From Candidatus Krumholzibacteriia bacterium (lineage in GTDB: Bacteria > Krumholzibacteriota > Krumholzibacteriia > JAJRXK01): 64,000 bases of DNA. Shown piece after piece: positions 48,171 through 57,342 of this stretch; within the stretch, counting starts at the first letter, position 1; every line of letters starts with the position of its first letter. The translations under genes were made by a program, and so were the position numbers. The notes below the pieces were generated by a model. It was not told the origin of the DNA, made no database searches, and worked only from the letters and a program-made list of their open reading frames with translations. The stretch is from positions 32,001 through 96,000 of the forward strand of contig JBGPIA010000011.1 of NCBI GenBank assembly GCA_041484665.1, read 5' to 3'.

Positions 48171-48854
48171 ATGAACATCCTGGTCGTCGAAGACGAGCCC
48201 GGGCTGCGCGCCGCCCTCGTGGATCTGCTGGGGGGAGCGGGCCACCGCGTTGAAGCCGTGGGGGACGGCGCCGCGGCCGTGGAGCGCGGACAGCAGATCT
48301 CCTTCGACCTCGTTCTGCTGGATCTGATGCTGCCCAAGCTGGGTGGTGTGGAAGTCTGCCGGCGCCTGCGGGCGCTGCGCCCCAGCCTCTACATCCTCAT
48401 GCTCACGGCGCGCGGCGCAGAGCAGGACAAGGTGGAGGGTCTGCGCGCCGGCGCGGACGATTACGTCAGCAAGCCCTTCGGGGCGCGCGAGCTCTTGGCG
48501 CGCATCGAGGCGATGGCCCGCCGCGCGCGGGCCAGCGGCGCGGGCGAGCTCAACGTCCTGGAGGTCGACGGCTGCCACCTCGACCTGGGGCGCTGTCAGG
48601 CGCTGCGCGACGGGCAGTCGGCTACGCTCACTGCGCGCGAGGTAGCGATCCTGCGCTGGCTGTACCAGCATCGGGAGCGCGCGGTCACGCGCGCCGAGCT
48701 CCTGGAGGAGGTGTGGGGCACGCCAGGTGATCTGCAGACCCGCACCGTCGACATGACGATCGCCAACCTGCGCCAGAAGATCGAGCGCGACGCCGGCCAC
48801 CCGCGCATCGTCGTAACGGTCAAGGGCCTCGGCTACGCGTGGGGCGAACGATGA
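48171..48854 (+). CDS. OmpR/PhoB-family response regulator
   Basis: ILVVEDE, LLDLMLP, LTAR, GADDYVSKPF; wHTH TRTVDMTIANLRQKIE...TVKGLGY. Confidence 0.96.
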   Translation: MNILVVEDEPGLRAALVDLLGGAGHRVEAVGDGAAAVERGQQISFDLVLLDLMLPKLGGVEVCRRLRALRPSLYILMLTARGAEQDKVEGLRAGADDYVSKPFGARELLARIEAMARRARASGAGELNVLEVDGCHLDLGRCQALRDGQSATLTAREVAILRWLYQHRERAVTRAELLEEVWGTPGDLQTRTVDMTIANLRQKIERDAGHPRIVVTVKGLGYAWGER

Positions 48855-49035
48855 GACTGCGACGCCGTTCCCGCGCATCCCCCCGTTCCCGGATCTCGCT
48901 GCGATCGCGCGCCCTCCCGCCGCGCGCTCTCCGCCCCTCCCGCGCCGTTCTCCGTCGAAACCACCTCTGCCCTCCACGCTCGCTGCGCGACTCCGGCTGC
49001 CTGCGCCGCGAGGCCGGTGGAGGCACGGGCGCGTC

Positions 49036-50652
49036 ATGAGGTGGCCCCTGGGCCGCGTCGGGACGGCCGGCGTGTTGACCGCGGCAGCCGTGGTCGTCCC
49101 GTGCGCCGCGTGGTTCGTCGCCGGCTCGCACGCCGCGAGCCACGAAGCCCAGCGTATCGCGGCAGAGCCGCGCGCGTGGGCCCAGAAGGTGGCCGAGGCG
49201 ATGGCCGAGCGCATGGGGGCGCGCCTGGAGACCATCCGCGAGACCGAGAGCCGCCGCCCCTTCTATCATTATCGCCCGCTCTTCCACGATCCGACCAGCA
49301 CGTGCGAGTGCGCGTCGGTGACGCCGTCACCGCTCGCCGCCGGGCCGGTCGACCCGTTGATCTGGACCCACTTCGAGGTCGACGCAAAGGGCGCGCTGAC
49401 GTTGCCCTCAGCCCATCTGGCGGTGTACGACGACGCTTGCCGCAGCTGGGTCGACGATCCGTCCGAGATCCTGGCGCAGCTGCGGCCAATCGCGGCCACG
49501 CTGAGCAGCGCCGCGGCGCAGGCCGCGCGCAACCTCGACTCGCGCGGCTACGTGGAGGCGCCCTGGACCGAAAACGGCGCGAGTGACGTGGCCTGGGTGG
49601 GACCGCTCACCTGGCACACGATCACCGTGGCCGGCGAGCCGACGCTGGTGGCCGTACGCGAGGTGCGCACGCCCCCGGGCGACCTCGTCCAGGGCCTGGT
49701 GATCGCGCGGACATCGGTCGCTGACGCCGTGCGTGGCGCGGCGCTGCCGGCGCGCTTCGTGCACGGCGACCAGCCGTTGGCGAGCGAGGCCGCCGTGGAA
49801 ATCGCCGGGCTGGATTGGCAGATCCTGGCCGATGCGGCCGCCGAGATCGCGCAGGCGACCCAGCGCGCCCGCCAGGTGCAGGCGCGCTTCCTGCACCTGT
49901 TCGTCGGCGCCGCCTCGACGGCGGCGCTGGCCGGTCTGTTCGTGGTCGGCCTGGTGTGGAAGACCGAGCGGCTGGCCCGTCAGCGCTCCCAATTCGCTGC
50001 CTCGGCGGCCCACGAGCTGCGCACGCCGCTGGCGGGGTTGCGGTTGTACAGCGAGATGCTCGCCGAGGGAATGGGCGACGGGCAGAAGTCGCGGGAGTAC
50101 GCCCGCCGTGTGGCCGAAGAGGCGGAGCGCCTGGGGCGTGTCGTCACCAATGTGCTCGGCTACACGCGCCTGGAGCGCGGCTCGCTGGGCGTGCGGCCGC
50201 AGCAAGGCGACCTGGCGGCGGCGGTCGGTGACAGCGTGCGCCGCATGCAGCCCGCCCTCGAGGCAGCGGGGGCGAGGCTGCGCGTGCAGCTCGCCGACGC
50301 TCTGCCGCCTGTGGCATTCGATGTGGACGCCCTCTTCCATATCGTGCAGAACCTCGTGGACAACGCCGAGAAATTCACGCGCGGCGCGGTCGACCGCAGC
50401 ATCGATGTGGCGCTCACCCACGACGGCGCCAGCGTGCGGCTGTCCGTGCGCGACCATGGCCCAGGCGTGCCGGCGGCGCTGCGGCACCGGTTGTTCCAGC
50501 CCTTCGCTCGCACCGAGGATCCCGACGCCCCGCCGGGCCTGGGGCTGGGGCTGACGCTCGTGCAGCGTCTCAGCCGCGCGCAGAACGCCAGTGTGAGCTG
50601 CGAGAACGCCCCGGGTGGGGGCGCGCTGTTCGTGGTGACGTTTCCCGTGTAG
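49036..50652 (+). CDS. Sensor histidine kinase
   Basis: Two TM helices; H-box AHELRTPL; N-box NLVDNAEKF; DHGPG and GLGLGL. Confidence 0.95.
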   Translation: MRWPLGRVGTAGVLTAAAVVVPCAAWFVAGSHAASHEAQRIAAEPRAWAQKVAEAMAERMGARLETIRETESRRPFYHYRPLFHDPTSTCECASVTPSPLAAGPVDPLIWTHFEVDAKGALTLPSAHLAVYDDACRSWVDDPSEILAQLRPIAATLSSAAAQAARNLDSRGYVEAPWTENGASDVAWVGPLTWHTITVAGEPTLVAVREVRTPPGDLVQGLVIARTSVADAVRGAALPARFVHGDQPLASEAAVEIAGLDWQILADAAAEIAQATQRARQVQARFLHLFVGAASTAALAGLFVVGLVWKTERLARQRSQFAASAAHELRTPLAGLRLYSEMLAEGMGDGQKSREYARRVAEEAERLGRVVTNVLGYTRLERGSLGVRPQQGDLAAAVGDSVRRMQPALEAAGARLRVQLADALPPVAFDVDALFHIVQNLVDNAEKFTRGAVDRSIDVALTHDGASVRLSVRDHGPGVPAALRHRLFQPFARTEDPDAPPGLGLGLTLVQRLSRAQNASVSCENAPGGGALFVVTFPV

Positions 50653-50684
50653 GGGTGCCCGGCGCGCAGCGCCGCAATCGCCCT

Positions 50685-50790
50685 GTGCCGCCCCGTCGCC
50701 CCGTGCCGCACCCTCGGTCCGCGCCGTCGCGCCGTGCCGCCCCGTCGCCCCGTGCCGCACCCTCGGCCCGCGCCGTCGCGCCGTGCCGCC
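50685..50790. repeat. 49-bp tandem duplication
   Basis: gtgccgccccgtcgccccgtgccgcaccctcggyccgcgccgtcgcgcc at 50685 and 50734, partial third copy. Confidence 0.85.
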
Positions 50791-50842
50791 GGTCCGTTCA
50801 CTCGGTCAGTCCTGTCGCGCTGCGCTCTCGCTCCATCCAGTC

Positions 50843-50888
50843 TTTACCTCCCTTTGACGGCGCGCCACCGTCTTTACCGCCATTTGAC
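50843..50888 (+). promoter_or_regulatory. Two TTTAC-N6-TTGAC boxes with a 30-bp period
   Basis: gtctttacctccctttgacggc and gtctttaccgccatttgacggc. Confidence 0.65.
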
Positions 50889-51017
50889 GGCAGATCGCCG
50901 CGATCCGTCCGATGCTCTCTGTGCGCCCGCCCCACGGCGGAACACGCGCATGCGAGGCGCGCACTCCACGATGGAGGGCGTGCACTCCAGAGGTCCCATC
51001 GAACAGGAGAGTGCTTC

Positions 51018-52064
51018 ATGGACAAGGTCATGGTTTCCAGAATGCGCGGGGGTCTCGTACGGCCTCTGGCGCTCGCGATCGCGGCCGGCGCGGCGCTGGC
51101 GGTTTGCGGGGTGCTGACGGTCGCAGTGACGCTGGCCGCGGACGGAGCAGCCGCCGCGCAATCCCCGTGCGGCGAGGGCTCCACAGACCCGGCAGCGCAG
51201 ACCCGGACTCTGACGCTGCTCTTCCACGGCGGCGTACAGGGCAAGATTCTCGATTGCGGCTGCAAGGCCAAGCCGCTGGGCGGGCTGGCCCGCCGCGCGG
51301 CACTGATCGAGAAGGTGCGCGGCGCCAGCAAAGAGAACAGCGTCGTGTTGGTGGACGCGGGCGGCCTGTTCGGCGAGGACTCGCCCCAGATGCGGGCACA
51401 GACGGACCTCCTCATCCACGAGACCGCGAAGCTGGGCTACCAGGCGATCGGCGTGGGCGCATCCGACCTCGGACTGGGAGTCGACTACCTGGAGCGGGCA
51501 CGCGCGGTCGGCGGGCTGCCGTTCACCAGCGCCAATCTCACCCGGGGAGGGCAGCCCTTGCTCGCCCCCTACCTCGTGCTCCAGAGCGGGGGGACGCGCG
51601 TCGGTGTCATCTGCGTGCTCGGCACCTCCGCGCGGCCCGCGCCGGGGCAGGCCGCCGGCGAGGCCGTGGCGATCGGGGACCCGGCGGAGGCGTTGCAGCG
51701 TTACCTGCCCGAGCTGCGCGCGAAGTCCGACCTGATCGTGCTGCTCTCCCAGCTGCCGGCCGAGGGGCTGACGAGGCTGCTCACGACACTTGGATCGCAG
51801 TCGGGGATCGCGGTGGCCGTGGACGGGACCTCGTACCAACCGACCCGCACGCCCCGTCAGGTCGCTTGCACGACCGTGCTGAGCGCCAACAGCCAGGGGA
51901 AGTATCTCGGGGAGGCCACGCTGACCTTGGCCGGCGCCGCGCTCGCGGGCACGCCTTCGACCACCGTGCACGAGCTGACGCTCGACCTGCCCGAGAACCC
52001 GCAGATCGCCAGCCGGGTCCACGCATTCGTCGAGCAGCAGAAGGTTGTGGCCGCCAGCCACTGA
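51018..52064 (+). CDS. UshA/5'-nucleotidase N-terminal metallophosphoesterase-like exported protein with a CGC motif
   Basis: ATG 51018 after AGGAG; signal/TM segment; GKILDCGCKAKPLGGLARRA, VLVDAGG, FTSANL, SDLIVLLSQ, QGKYLG. Confidence 0.78.
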   Translation: MDKVMVSRMRGGLVRPLALAIAAGAALAVCGVLTVAVTLAADGAAAAQSPCGEGSTDPAAQTRTLTLLFHGGVQGKILDCGCKAKPLGGLARRAALIEKVRGASKENSVVLVDAGGLFGEDSPQMRAQTDLLIHETAKLGYQAIGVGASDLGLGVDYLERARAVGGLPFTSANLTRGGQPLLAPYLVLQSGGTRVGVICVLGTSARPAPGQAAGEAVAIGDPAEALQRYLPELRAKSDLIVLLSQLPAEGLTRLLTTLGSQSGIAVAVDGTSYQPTRTPRQVACTTVLSANSQGKYLGEATLTLAGAALAGTPSTTVHELTLDLPENPQIASRVHAFVEQQKVVAASH

Positions 52065-52382
52065 GACCTGCCGAGCGGGCGCGCGTCGTCGGCCGGCGCC
52101 CCGGCCTCAGCCGCAAGACGGGCGCCGGAGGTGGACCCGGCGCAGGGGCCTGGAGCGGGCAGCTCCAGGCCTCGCTGCGCTCGCGCAACGTCACATTTTC
52201 AGTGTGCACAACCCCCTTGACCTGGGAGCGCCGCCGCACCTTCGTTCACGCGCCGGCCCGGCCCGCCTGCCTTTCCGGGGGGCCGACGCGCTGACCGTTC
52301 GAGCGGCGTAGCGCGCGGGGGGCGAGGCGGGGGCTTGGCGCGGGCGCAGACGCGCGGGCGGCTTCCCGGGCCGTGCGCCGGA

Positions 52383-53231
52383 TCAGCGGCGAACGGCGAT
52401 GATCTCCAGCACGCCGGGTGTGATCATGAGCGTATGCGGCGCGGCCTCCGCGGCGGCGATCGCCCGCGCGATCCCAGCGGCGCGGTCGCGGCCCAGCTGG
52501 CCCAGGTCGACCAGCCGTTGCAGACCCACCTCAATGAATGCCTTGGGCCACTGCCACACGAAGCTCGAAGCCGGCACGATGTCGATGAGTGGGCGCAACT
52601 CCCGCAGCGTAAACCCGAGCTCTGCTAGCCACACCGGCAGATCCAGCGCGATGTCGGGCTCGCCGCCGCTGGCGCGCCAGCTCTCCATGACGACCGCCAC
52701 GAACTCCTCCAGCTCCGGGGACCGGGGCGCCATCCGCCACGTGCGGTAATCGAAGTACTCGTGGACGACGAGCACGCCGCCGCGTCTCAGTGTGCCGCCG
52801 ACCCGCGCGAGCAGGTGGCGCGGATGCTTGACGAAGGCAAACACCCAGCGCGACCACGCGCCGTCAGCGCTCGCGGCGGGCAGCTCCGCCTCGTCCAGAT
52901 CGAGCTCACAGGTTTCGATCGTGTCGATGCCGCGCTGCTTGCACGTGGCATCGAGCGTGTCGAGAAAGCGTCGGGATCGGTCGATGGCCACGATCCGCCC
53001 TGACGGTCCGACGATTTCCGCCAGGTCGAGGGACGCGTACCCCGGGCCGCATCCGATGTCGAGCAGGGTCTGGCCCGCCGTGAAGCCCGCGCGCCGCCAC
53101 GCGTCCAGCGCGCGCGGCCTCCAGACACGGTGCTGCAGGCCCAGACGCGCGATCTCGTCATCGTGCGTGCCCAGGACGTAGTCCTTCTCTTCGCTTTTCG
53201 TGTCGCTCATGGCTTTGGCCGGCTTGTTCAC
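52383..53231 (-). CDS. Class I SAM-dependent methyltransferase
   Basis: YVLGTHDDEIARL; LDIGCGPG; LRRGGVLVVHEY. Confidence 0.9.
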   Translation of the reverse strand: MNKPAKAMSDTKSEEKDYVLGTHDDEIARLGLQHRVWRPRALDAWRRAGFTAGQTLLDIGCGPGYASLDLAEIVGPSGRIVAIDRSRRFLDTLDATCKQRGIDTIETCELDLDEAELPAASADGAWSRWVFAFVKHPRHLLARVGGTLRRGGVLVVHEYFDYRTWRMAPRSPELEEFVAVVMESWRASGGEPDIALDLPVWLAELGFTLRELRPLIDIVPASSFVWQWPKAFIEVGLQRLVDLGQLGRDRAAGIARAIAAAEAAPHTLMITPGVLEIIAVRR

Positions 53232-53492
53232 GGTGCTGGTGGCGATGGGGCGGCGGTCGCGGTAGCCGCAGCCTTCGGACCCGCCGCAGCGGTCGCGATG
53301 GCCGCGCTAGCCGCCATGGTGCACGCCCAGCGACCGGACGCCCCATCTGCCAGCAGAATGCGCTCCCCGCGACAGTGTACTCCGTCCGGGTGGCGGCTCC
53401 CTGGCCGTTTGCGGACGTCGCAGTCACGCCCACCGACAGGCGCCCCAGCTGCAGCTTGACGGGGGCGCCGGTGCTCAGGCAGCCTGTCCGCC

Positions 53493-53825
53493 ATGACGCG
53501 AACCGACGTTCTTGGGGCCCGCACTGAAGCCACGATCTGGCTTTCGGCCATCGGTATCGTGGGCGCGATCAGCGCGACGCTGCTGCCCGGCTGCGGCGGC
53601 AAGCTGCCCGAGCCAGAGAGCCGCCCCGCCCAGCTCTACGTGCAGTACTGCTCCGGACGCGGCTGCCACAGCCCGATCCCGCCCCAGAGCGATGTCGCCA
53701 ACAAGTGGAAGCTGCAGACCGACCGCATGCTCGCTCTCATGCGCGAGCGCGGTGCCCCGCTGCCGTCTCCGGAGGAGGAGCAGGAGATCCGGGAGTACCT
53801 GCGCAAGCACGCGTTGAAGCCCTGA
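53493..53825 (+). CDS. Small monoheme cytochrome c-like lipoprotein with a CX4CH motif
   Basis: Lipobox LPGC; AQLYVQYCSGRGCHSP; W...RM; C-terminal helix EEQEIREYLRKHA. Confidence 0.7.
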   Translation: MTRTDVLGARTEATIWLSAIGIVGAISATLLPGCGGKLPEPESRPAQLYVQYCSGRGCHSPIPPQSDVANKWKLQTDRMLALMRERGAPLPSPEEEQEIREYLRKHALKP

Positions 53826-53914
53826 GGGTCGGGCGCCGCGGGCCGCCTTCGGTCGCGATCCCGCCGGCGAAGACGCAGACGCGGGGCCACAGGCGGCGAT
53901 GGGGCCGAGCTGGA

Positions 53915-54352
53915 TTACGAGAGGGAGGGCAGCCCAGCGACCGGAAAGCCTTCCCGTGTGGCCGCCTCTGCCAGTCGTTCATCGAGGGTGACGAACGGCA
54001 GATCCGGTGGCCGTTCGCGGGAGGCGACGAGCGCTGCGGCAAGCTGAAGCGCATCTGCCGCACGCAGGGCGTGAAGGCCCAAGACGCGCAGCGCGCGATC
54101 AGCGACCAGGTCCAGCGTGATGACCTGACTCATGCTCGAGAACAGCAGGGATGCACGATTGCGCGCCGCGGACAGGTCCGCCGTCCCCAGGCGTCCCGCG
54201 CGATGGCTGCGCGCGAGGGCAGAATGGACTTCGACACGTGACAGCTCCCAGGTGATGCCCACGGAATCGCTGCGCAGGAGGTCCAGGGCCCAGGTCGTCT
54301 GCGCCTCGAGGACCAGCAGCGGAACGATCGCGGAGCTGTCCCAATACCTCAT
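53915..54352 (-). CDS. vapC: VapC-family PIN-domain toxin
   Basis: YWDSSAIVPL, EVHSAL, LRAADALQLAAAL, FVTLDERL. Confidence 0.92.
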   Translation of the reverse strand: MRYWDSSAIVPLLVLEAQTTWALDLLRSDSVGITWELSRVEVHSALARSHRAGRLGTADLSAARNRASLLFSSMSQVITLDLVADRALRVLGLHALRAADALQLAAALVASRERPPDLPFVTLDERLAEAATREGFPVAGLPSLS

Positions 54353-54651
54353 CGTCCCGACTCCCGCTCCTGCAGCAGCGCGGCGAGCACCCCTGCCCCC
54401 TGACCGGGTGGCGGCTCGTCACGCAGCTCGCGCGGGAGGCGACCGGTTCCTGGACGGACCAAGCCGTCACGCTCGAGCACGACGAGTCGCTCCGCATCGG
54501 TTGCTGTGAACCCACCGGCGCGGCTGCCGATCGGAACAATCTCCGCGATGGGTTTGTCGCGGTCGAAGATGAGAACGCGACCGCCGGACCGGACGTGGTC
54601 GAGGTACTGGCTCAAGCGGTCCCGCAACTCGGATATATTGGCTCTTTTCAT
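54349..54651 (-). CDS. Phd/YefM-family antitoxin
   Basis: NISELRDRLSQYLDHVRSGGRVLIFDRDKPIAEIVP; ATGA overlap with vapC. Confidence 0.9.
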   Translation of the reverse strand: MKRANISELRDRLSQYLDHVRSGGRVLIFDRDKPIAEIVPIGSRAGGFTATDAERLVVLERDGLVRPGTGRLPRELRDEPPPGQGAGVLAALLQERESGR

Positions 54652-54657
54652 GACGCC

Positions 54658-54686
54658 ATTATAGCCATATCCAGTCCGGCCCGCAA
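54658..54686 (-). promoter_or_regulatory. Sigma70 promoter of the Phd-VapC pair
   Basis: TTGCGG-N17-TATAAT, 6 nt before the ATG. Confidence 0.7.
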
Positions 54687-54718
54687 GGGTTGGAGGCCGG
54701 AGCCCGCGGTCCGCGTCC

Positions 54719-55663
54719 CTAGCGGCGATTGCCTGCCCGCTGCACCATCGCCACCCCCGTCAGGACCAACATGCCGCCCGCCACGATCGCGCCGCGGACT
54801 GCCTCGCCCAGCACGACGGCCGCCGCCGCCACCGTCACCAGCGGCTCGATGTACAGGAAGGCGGCCACGCGTGAGGCCTCGATGCGCTCCAGCGCACCGT
54901 ACCAGAAGAGATAGCCGAGCCCGGAGCAGCCAATGCCCAGGAACAGTAGCGCCGCGATCCCGCCACCGGTGAGCCCGCCGTACTCCTGCCAGCCCCGGCG
55001 CCACACGAACAGCGGAACGAGCATGAGCCAGCCCAGCAGCATTGCCCCCGCAGTGGCGCGGCGGCTCCCGAGCTTGCGCAGCGTGGGATGGCCAAGCGTA
55101 GTGTAGATGGCCCAGTTGACGTTGCTGGCCATGACCAGCAGGTCGCCACGCGTGGACGGCAGGGCGAGCACGCCCTGGCCCACACGCCCCTGCGTGACGA
55201 CCAGGATAGCGCCCGCGCAGCCGACCACCAGGCCCGCGGCCTTGGCGCGACCGAAGCGCTCGCGGAGGAAGAGACCCGCCAGCAAGGCCGTCCAGATCGG
55301 CGTCAGCCCGACCAACCAGCCGGCATGCACCGCGCTGGTGAGCGTCAGGCCGTGGACCTGGAGCATCTGGTGGGCGAACACGCCCACCAGGCCCATGAGC
55401 GCCAGCGCGCCCCAGTCGGCGCGTGGCGGCAGCGCCGGCTCGCCGCGCAGCGCGAGCATGAGCTGCAGGAGCAGCGTTCCCAGCGCGAAGCGCGAAAAGA
55501 TCAACGTCACCGGCGAAAGCTCACGCAGGACGACCTTGGTCGCCACGAACGAGATCCCCCACATGAGGATTGCGATGAGAGCGCCGGCGCGCGGCGCGAG
55601 CCACGACCGACCCCGACCGTTGCGCATCGCGTCCGCGGGCGATTGGGCAGTGGGCGCGGTCAC
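54719..55663 (-). CDS. DMT/EamA-family transporter
   Basis: About 10 TM helices; WGISFVATK, LFLRERFG, FLYIEPLV, VLGEA. Confidence 0.92.
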   Translation of the reverse strand: MTAPTAQSPADAMRNGRGRSWLAPRAGALIAILMWGISFVATKVVLRELSPVTLIFSRFALGTLLLQLMLALRGEPALPPRADWGALALMGLVGVFAHQMLQVHGLTLTSAVHAGWLVGLTPIWTALLAGLFLRERFGRAKAAGLVVGCAGAILVVTQGRVGQGVLALPSTRGDLLVMASNVNWAIYTTLGHPTLRKLGSRRATAGAMLLGWLMLVPLFVWRRGWQEYGGLTGGGIAALLFLGIGCSGLGYLFWYGALERIEASRVAAFLYIEPLVTVAAAAVVLGEAVRGAIVAGGMLVLTGVAMVQRAGNRR

Positions 55664-56496
55664 CGGGCGCGGCGACGCGCCGCGGTGCCGGGGCCGTCTG
55701 CCTGCGCGCGCGGAACGTCGACCTCGATCTCACCCCGCAGGTACTCGACCGCGCGTCCGCTGATCGTTACCCGGTCACCGCGGTCCTCGCAGAACAGCTC
55801 GCCGCCGCGCGCGGAGATCTGCAAGCCACGCAGCGTCTTGCGCGAGAGCCGCGCCGACCAGAACGGGATGAGCGTGCAGTGTGCAGCTCCGGTCACCGGG
55901 TCCTCGTTGATTCCGGCCTTGGGGGCGAAGAAGCGCGATACGAAGTCGGCGTCCTTGCCCGGCGCGGTGGCGATCACGGCAAACGCATCCAGCGCCAGCA
56001 TCCGGTCGAAGCGCGGCCGCAGCGCGGCGATCTGCTCCTGCGTGTCGAACAAGACCAGCAGATCGCGCGCCGCGTGCACCTCGCGCGGCCGGGCGCCGAG
56101 TGCTTCCACGAGCTCCTCGCTGCCGGCGGCCGGCTGCGGCGGACGTGCGGGGAAATCCATGCGCAGTAGCTCTGCGTCGCGCTCGACGAGCAGCGGACCG
56201 CTGAGCGTCTCGAAGCGGGCGCGATCGCCGCGCACGCGGCCCTCGCGGAACAGGACGAAGGCCGTGGCCAGTGTCGCATGGCCGCAGAGGTCGACTTCCA
56301 TCGTCGGCGTAAACCAGCGCAGTCCGAAGCCATCCTTGCCGGGCAGCACGAACGCGGTCTCCGAGAGGTTGTTCTCTGCGGCGATGGCCTGCATGACGTC
56401 CTCGGGCAGCGGCTGTTCGAGCAGCACGACCGCGGCCGGATTGCCGCCGAACACGCGGCTGGTGAAGGCATCGACCTGGTAGAGCGGCAGTTTCAT
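55660..56496 (-). CDS. PhzF-family isomerase
   Basis: Start 56496 MKLPLYQVDAF; GNPAAV, NLSETAF, EVDLCGHATLA, EDPVTGAAHC. Confidence 0.95.
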   Translation of the reverse strand: MKLPLYQVDAFTSRVFGGNPAAVVLLEQPLPEDVMQAIAAENNLSETAFVLPGKDGFGLRWFTPTMEVDLCGHATLATAFVLFREGRVRGDRARFETLSGPLLVERDAELLRMDFPARPPQPAAGSEELVEALGARPREVHAARDLLVLFDTQEQIAALRPRFDRMLALDAFAVIATAPGKDADFVSRFFAPKAGINEDPVTGAAHCTLIPFWSARLSRKTLRGLQISARGGELFCEDRGDRVTISGRAVEYLRGEIEVDVPRAQADGPGTAARRRAR

Positions 56497-57211
56497 CTCG
56501 GTCCTTCCTGGGGCGCCGAACAAGCCTCGACGACCAGCGGCTGTGCCGCGGGAGGCTTCGTCTTCCGCGGCGGCTTCAAGGTGGCCAGCACGCCCCCGCC
56601 GAGCTCCTCCAGACGCCAGTGGATCTGCGAGTCGCGTGTGTCCCGCGCGAGCGACGTAATGGCATCGAGCAGATCGAGCACCGACTGGTCGGCTGTCAGT
56701 TCGAATCGCCGGGCAATCTCGGAAACCAGTCCGGACTGCCCCATGGCGCTCCGCCGCACCTCGAGCTCGAGCGTCTGGATTTGTGGAGGGGAGAGTGTGT
56801 GGCTGCCGTCTGCATCTGCTCCGGGCCGCGCGCGAACGTCTCGTGCTCGGCGCACGTGCTGATGGACTCGCGCAGGCGCCTACGAATCTCGGCGACCTCG
56901 CCTGGGGCAATCCCGCCAGCGGAGGGCGCGATGCGCTCCCTCCGGATGTGGCGTGTCGCCAGCAAACCATCCGCGCACTCTTGACGAAGGATGTACGGGC
57001 AAACGAAAACCCATCTGCCAATGGCTGTCAGCGCGACACCGCCGCGGATGATCTTGCCCGGCCGCACTTGCGCGAACCATGTCAGGGTCGAACGCAGGTA
57101 CAGGTGCTCGCCGTCATCGTAGCGATCGTAGATCGTGCCTCCGAGCGCTGCCATCTCGCGGGTGAACAGCCCCGTGATCTCCCCATTCGTCGGAATGGAT
57201 TCGACGCACAT
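56493..57211 (-). pseudogene. Frameshifted hypothetical gene (DUF932-like), split over two frames
   Basis: The 5' part (57211 to about 56800: GGVAL...PYILRQECADG) continues in another frame (DAITSLARDTRD...WRLEELGG) whose stop overlaps the phzF ATG. Confidence 0.6.
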
Positions 57212-57342
57212 GCGACCTCCCCTCTCAAGTGTGGGCTGCCTCGCACGCCGCCCCCGTGGAGCCGTTGCCCAAAGTGGGGGGAGTGTAGCGCGGATCGCAT
57301 GCGCCGTGCGCGGGCCACCGCGGGCGCGCCGTAAAGGGAGTC

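Noticed and set aside
1991..49235. Long overlapping ORFs (1991-3409, 5364-7001, 13818-15926, 33960-36161, 37814-40384, 46647-49235 and others)
   Set aside because: Opposite-strand or off-frame shadows of well-supported genes, as expected at this GC content
53158..53602. Small minus-strand ORFs between the methyltransferase and cytochrome genes
   Set aside because: Low complexity, no motifs, and partial overlap with better-supported genes
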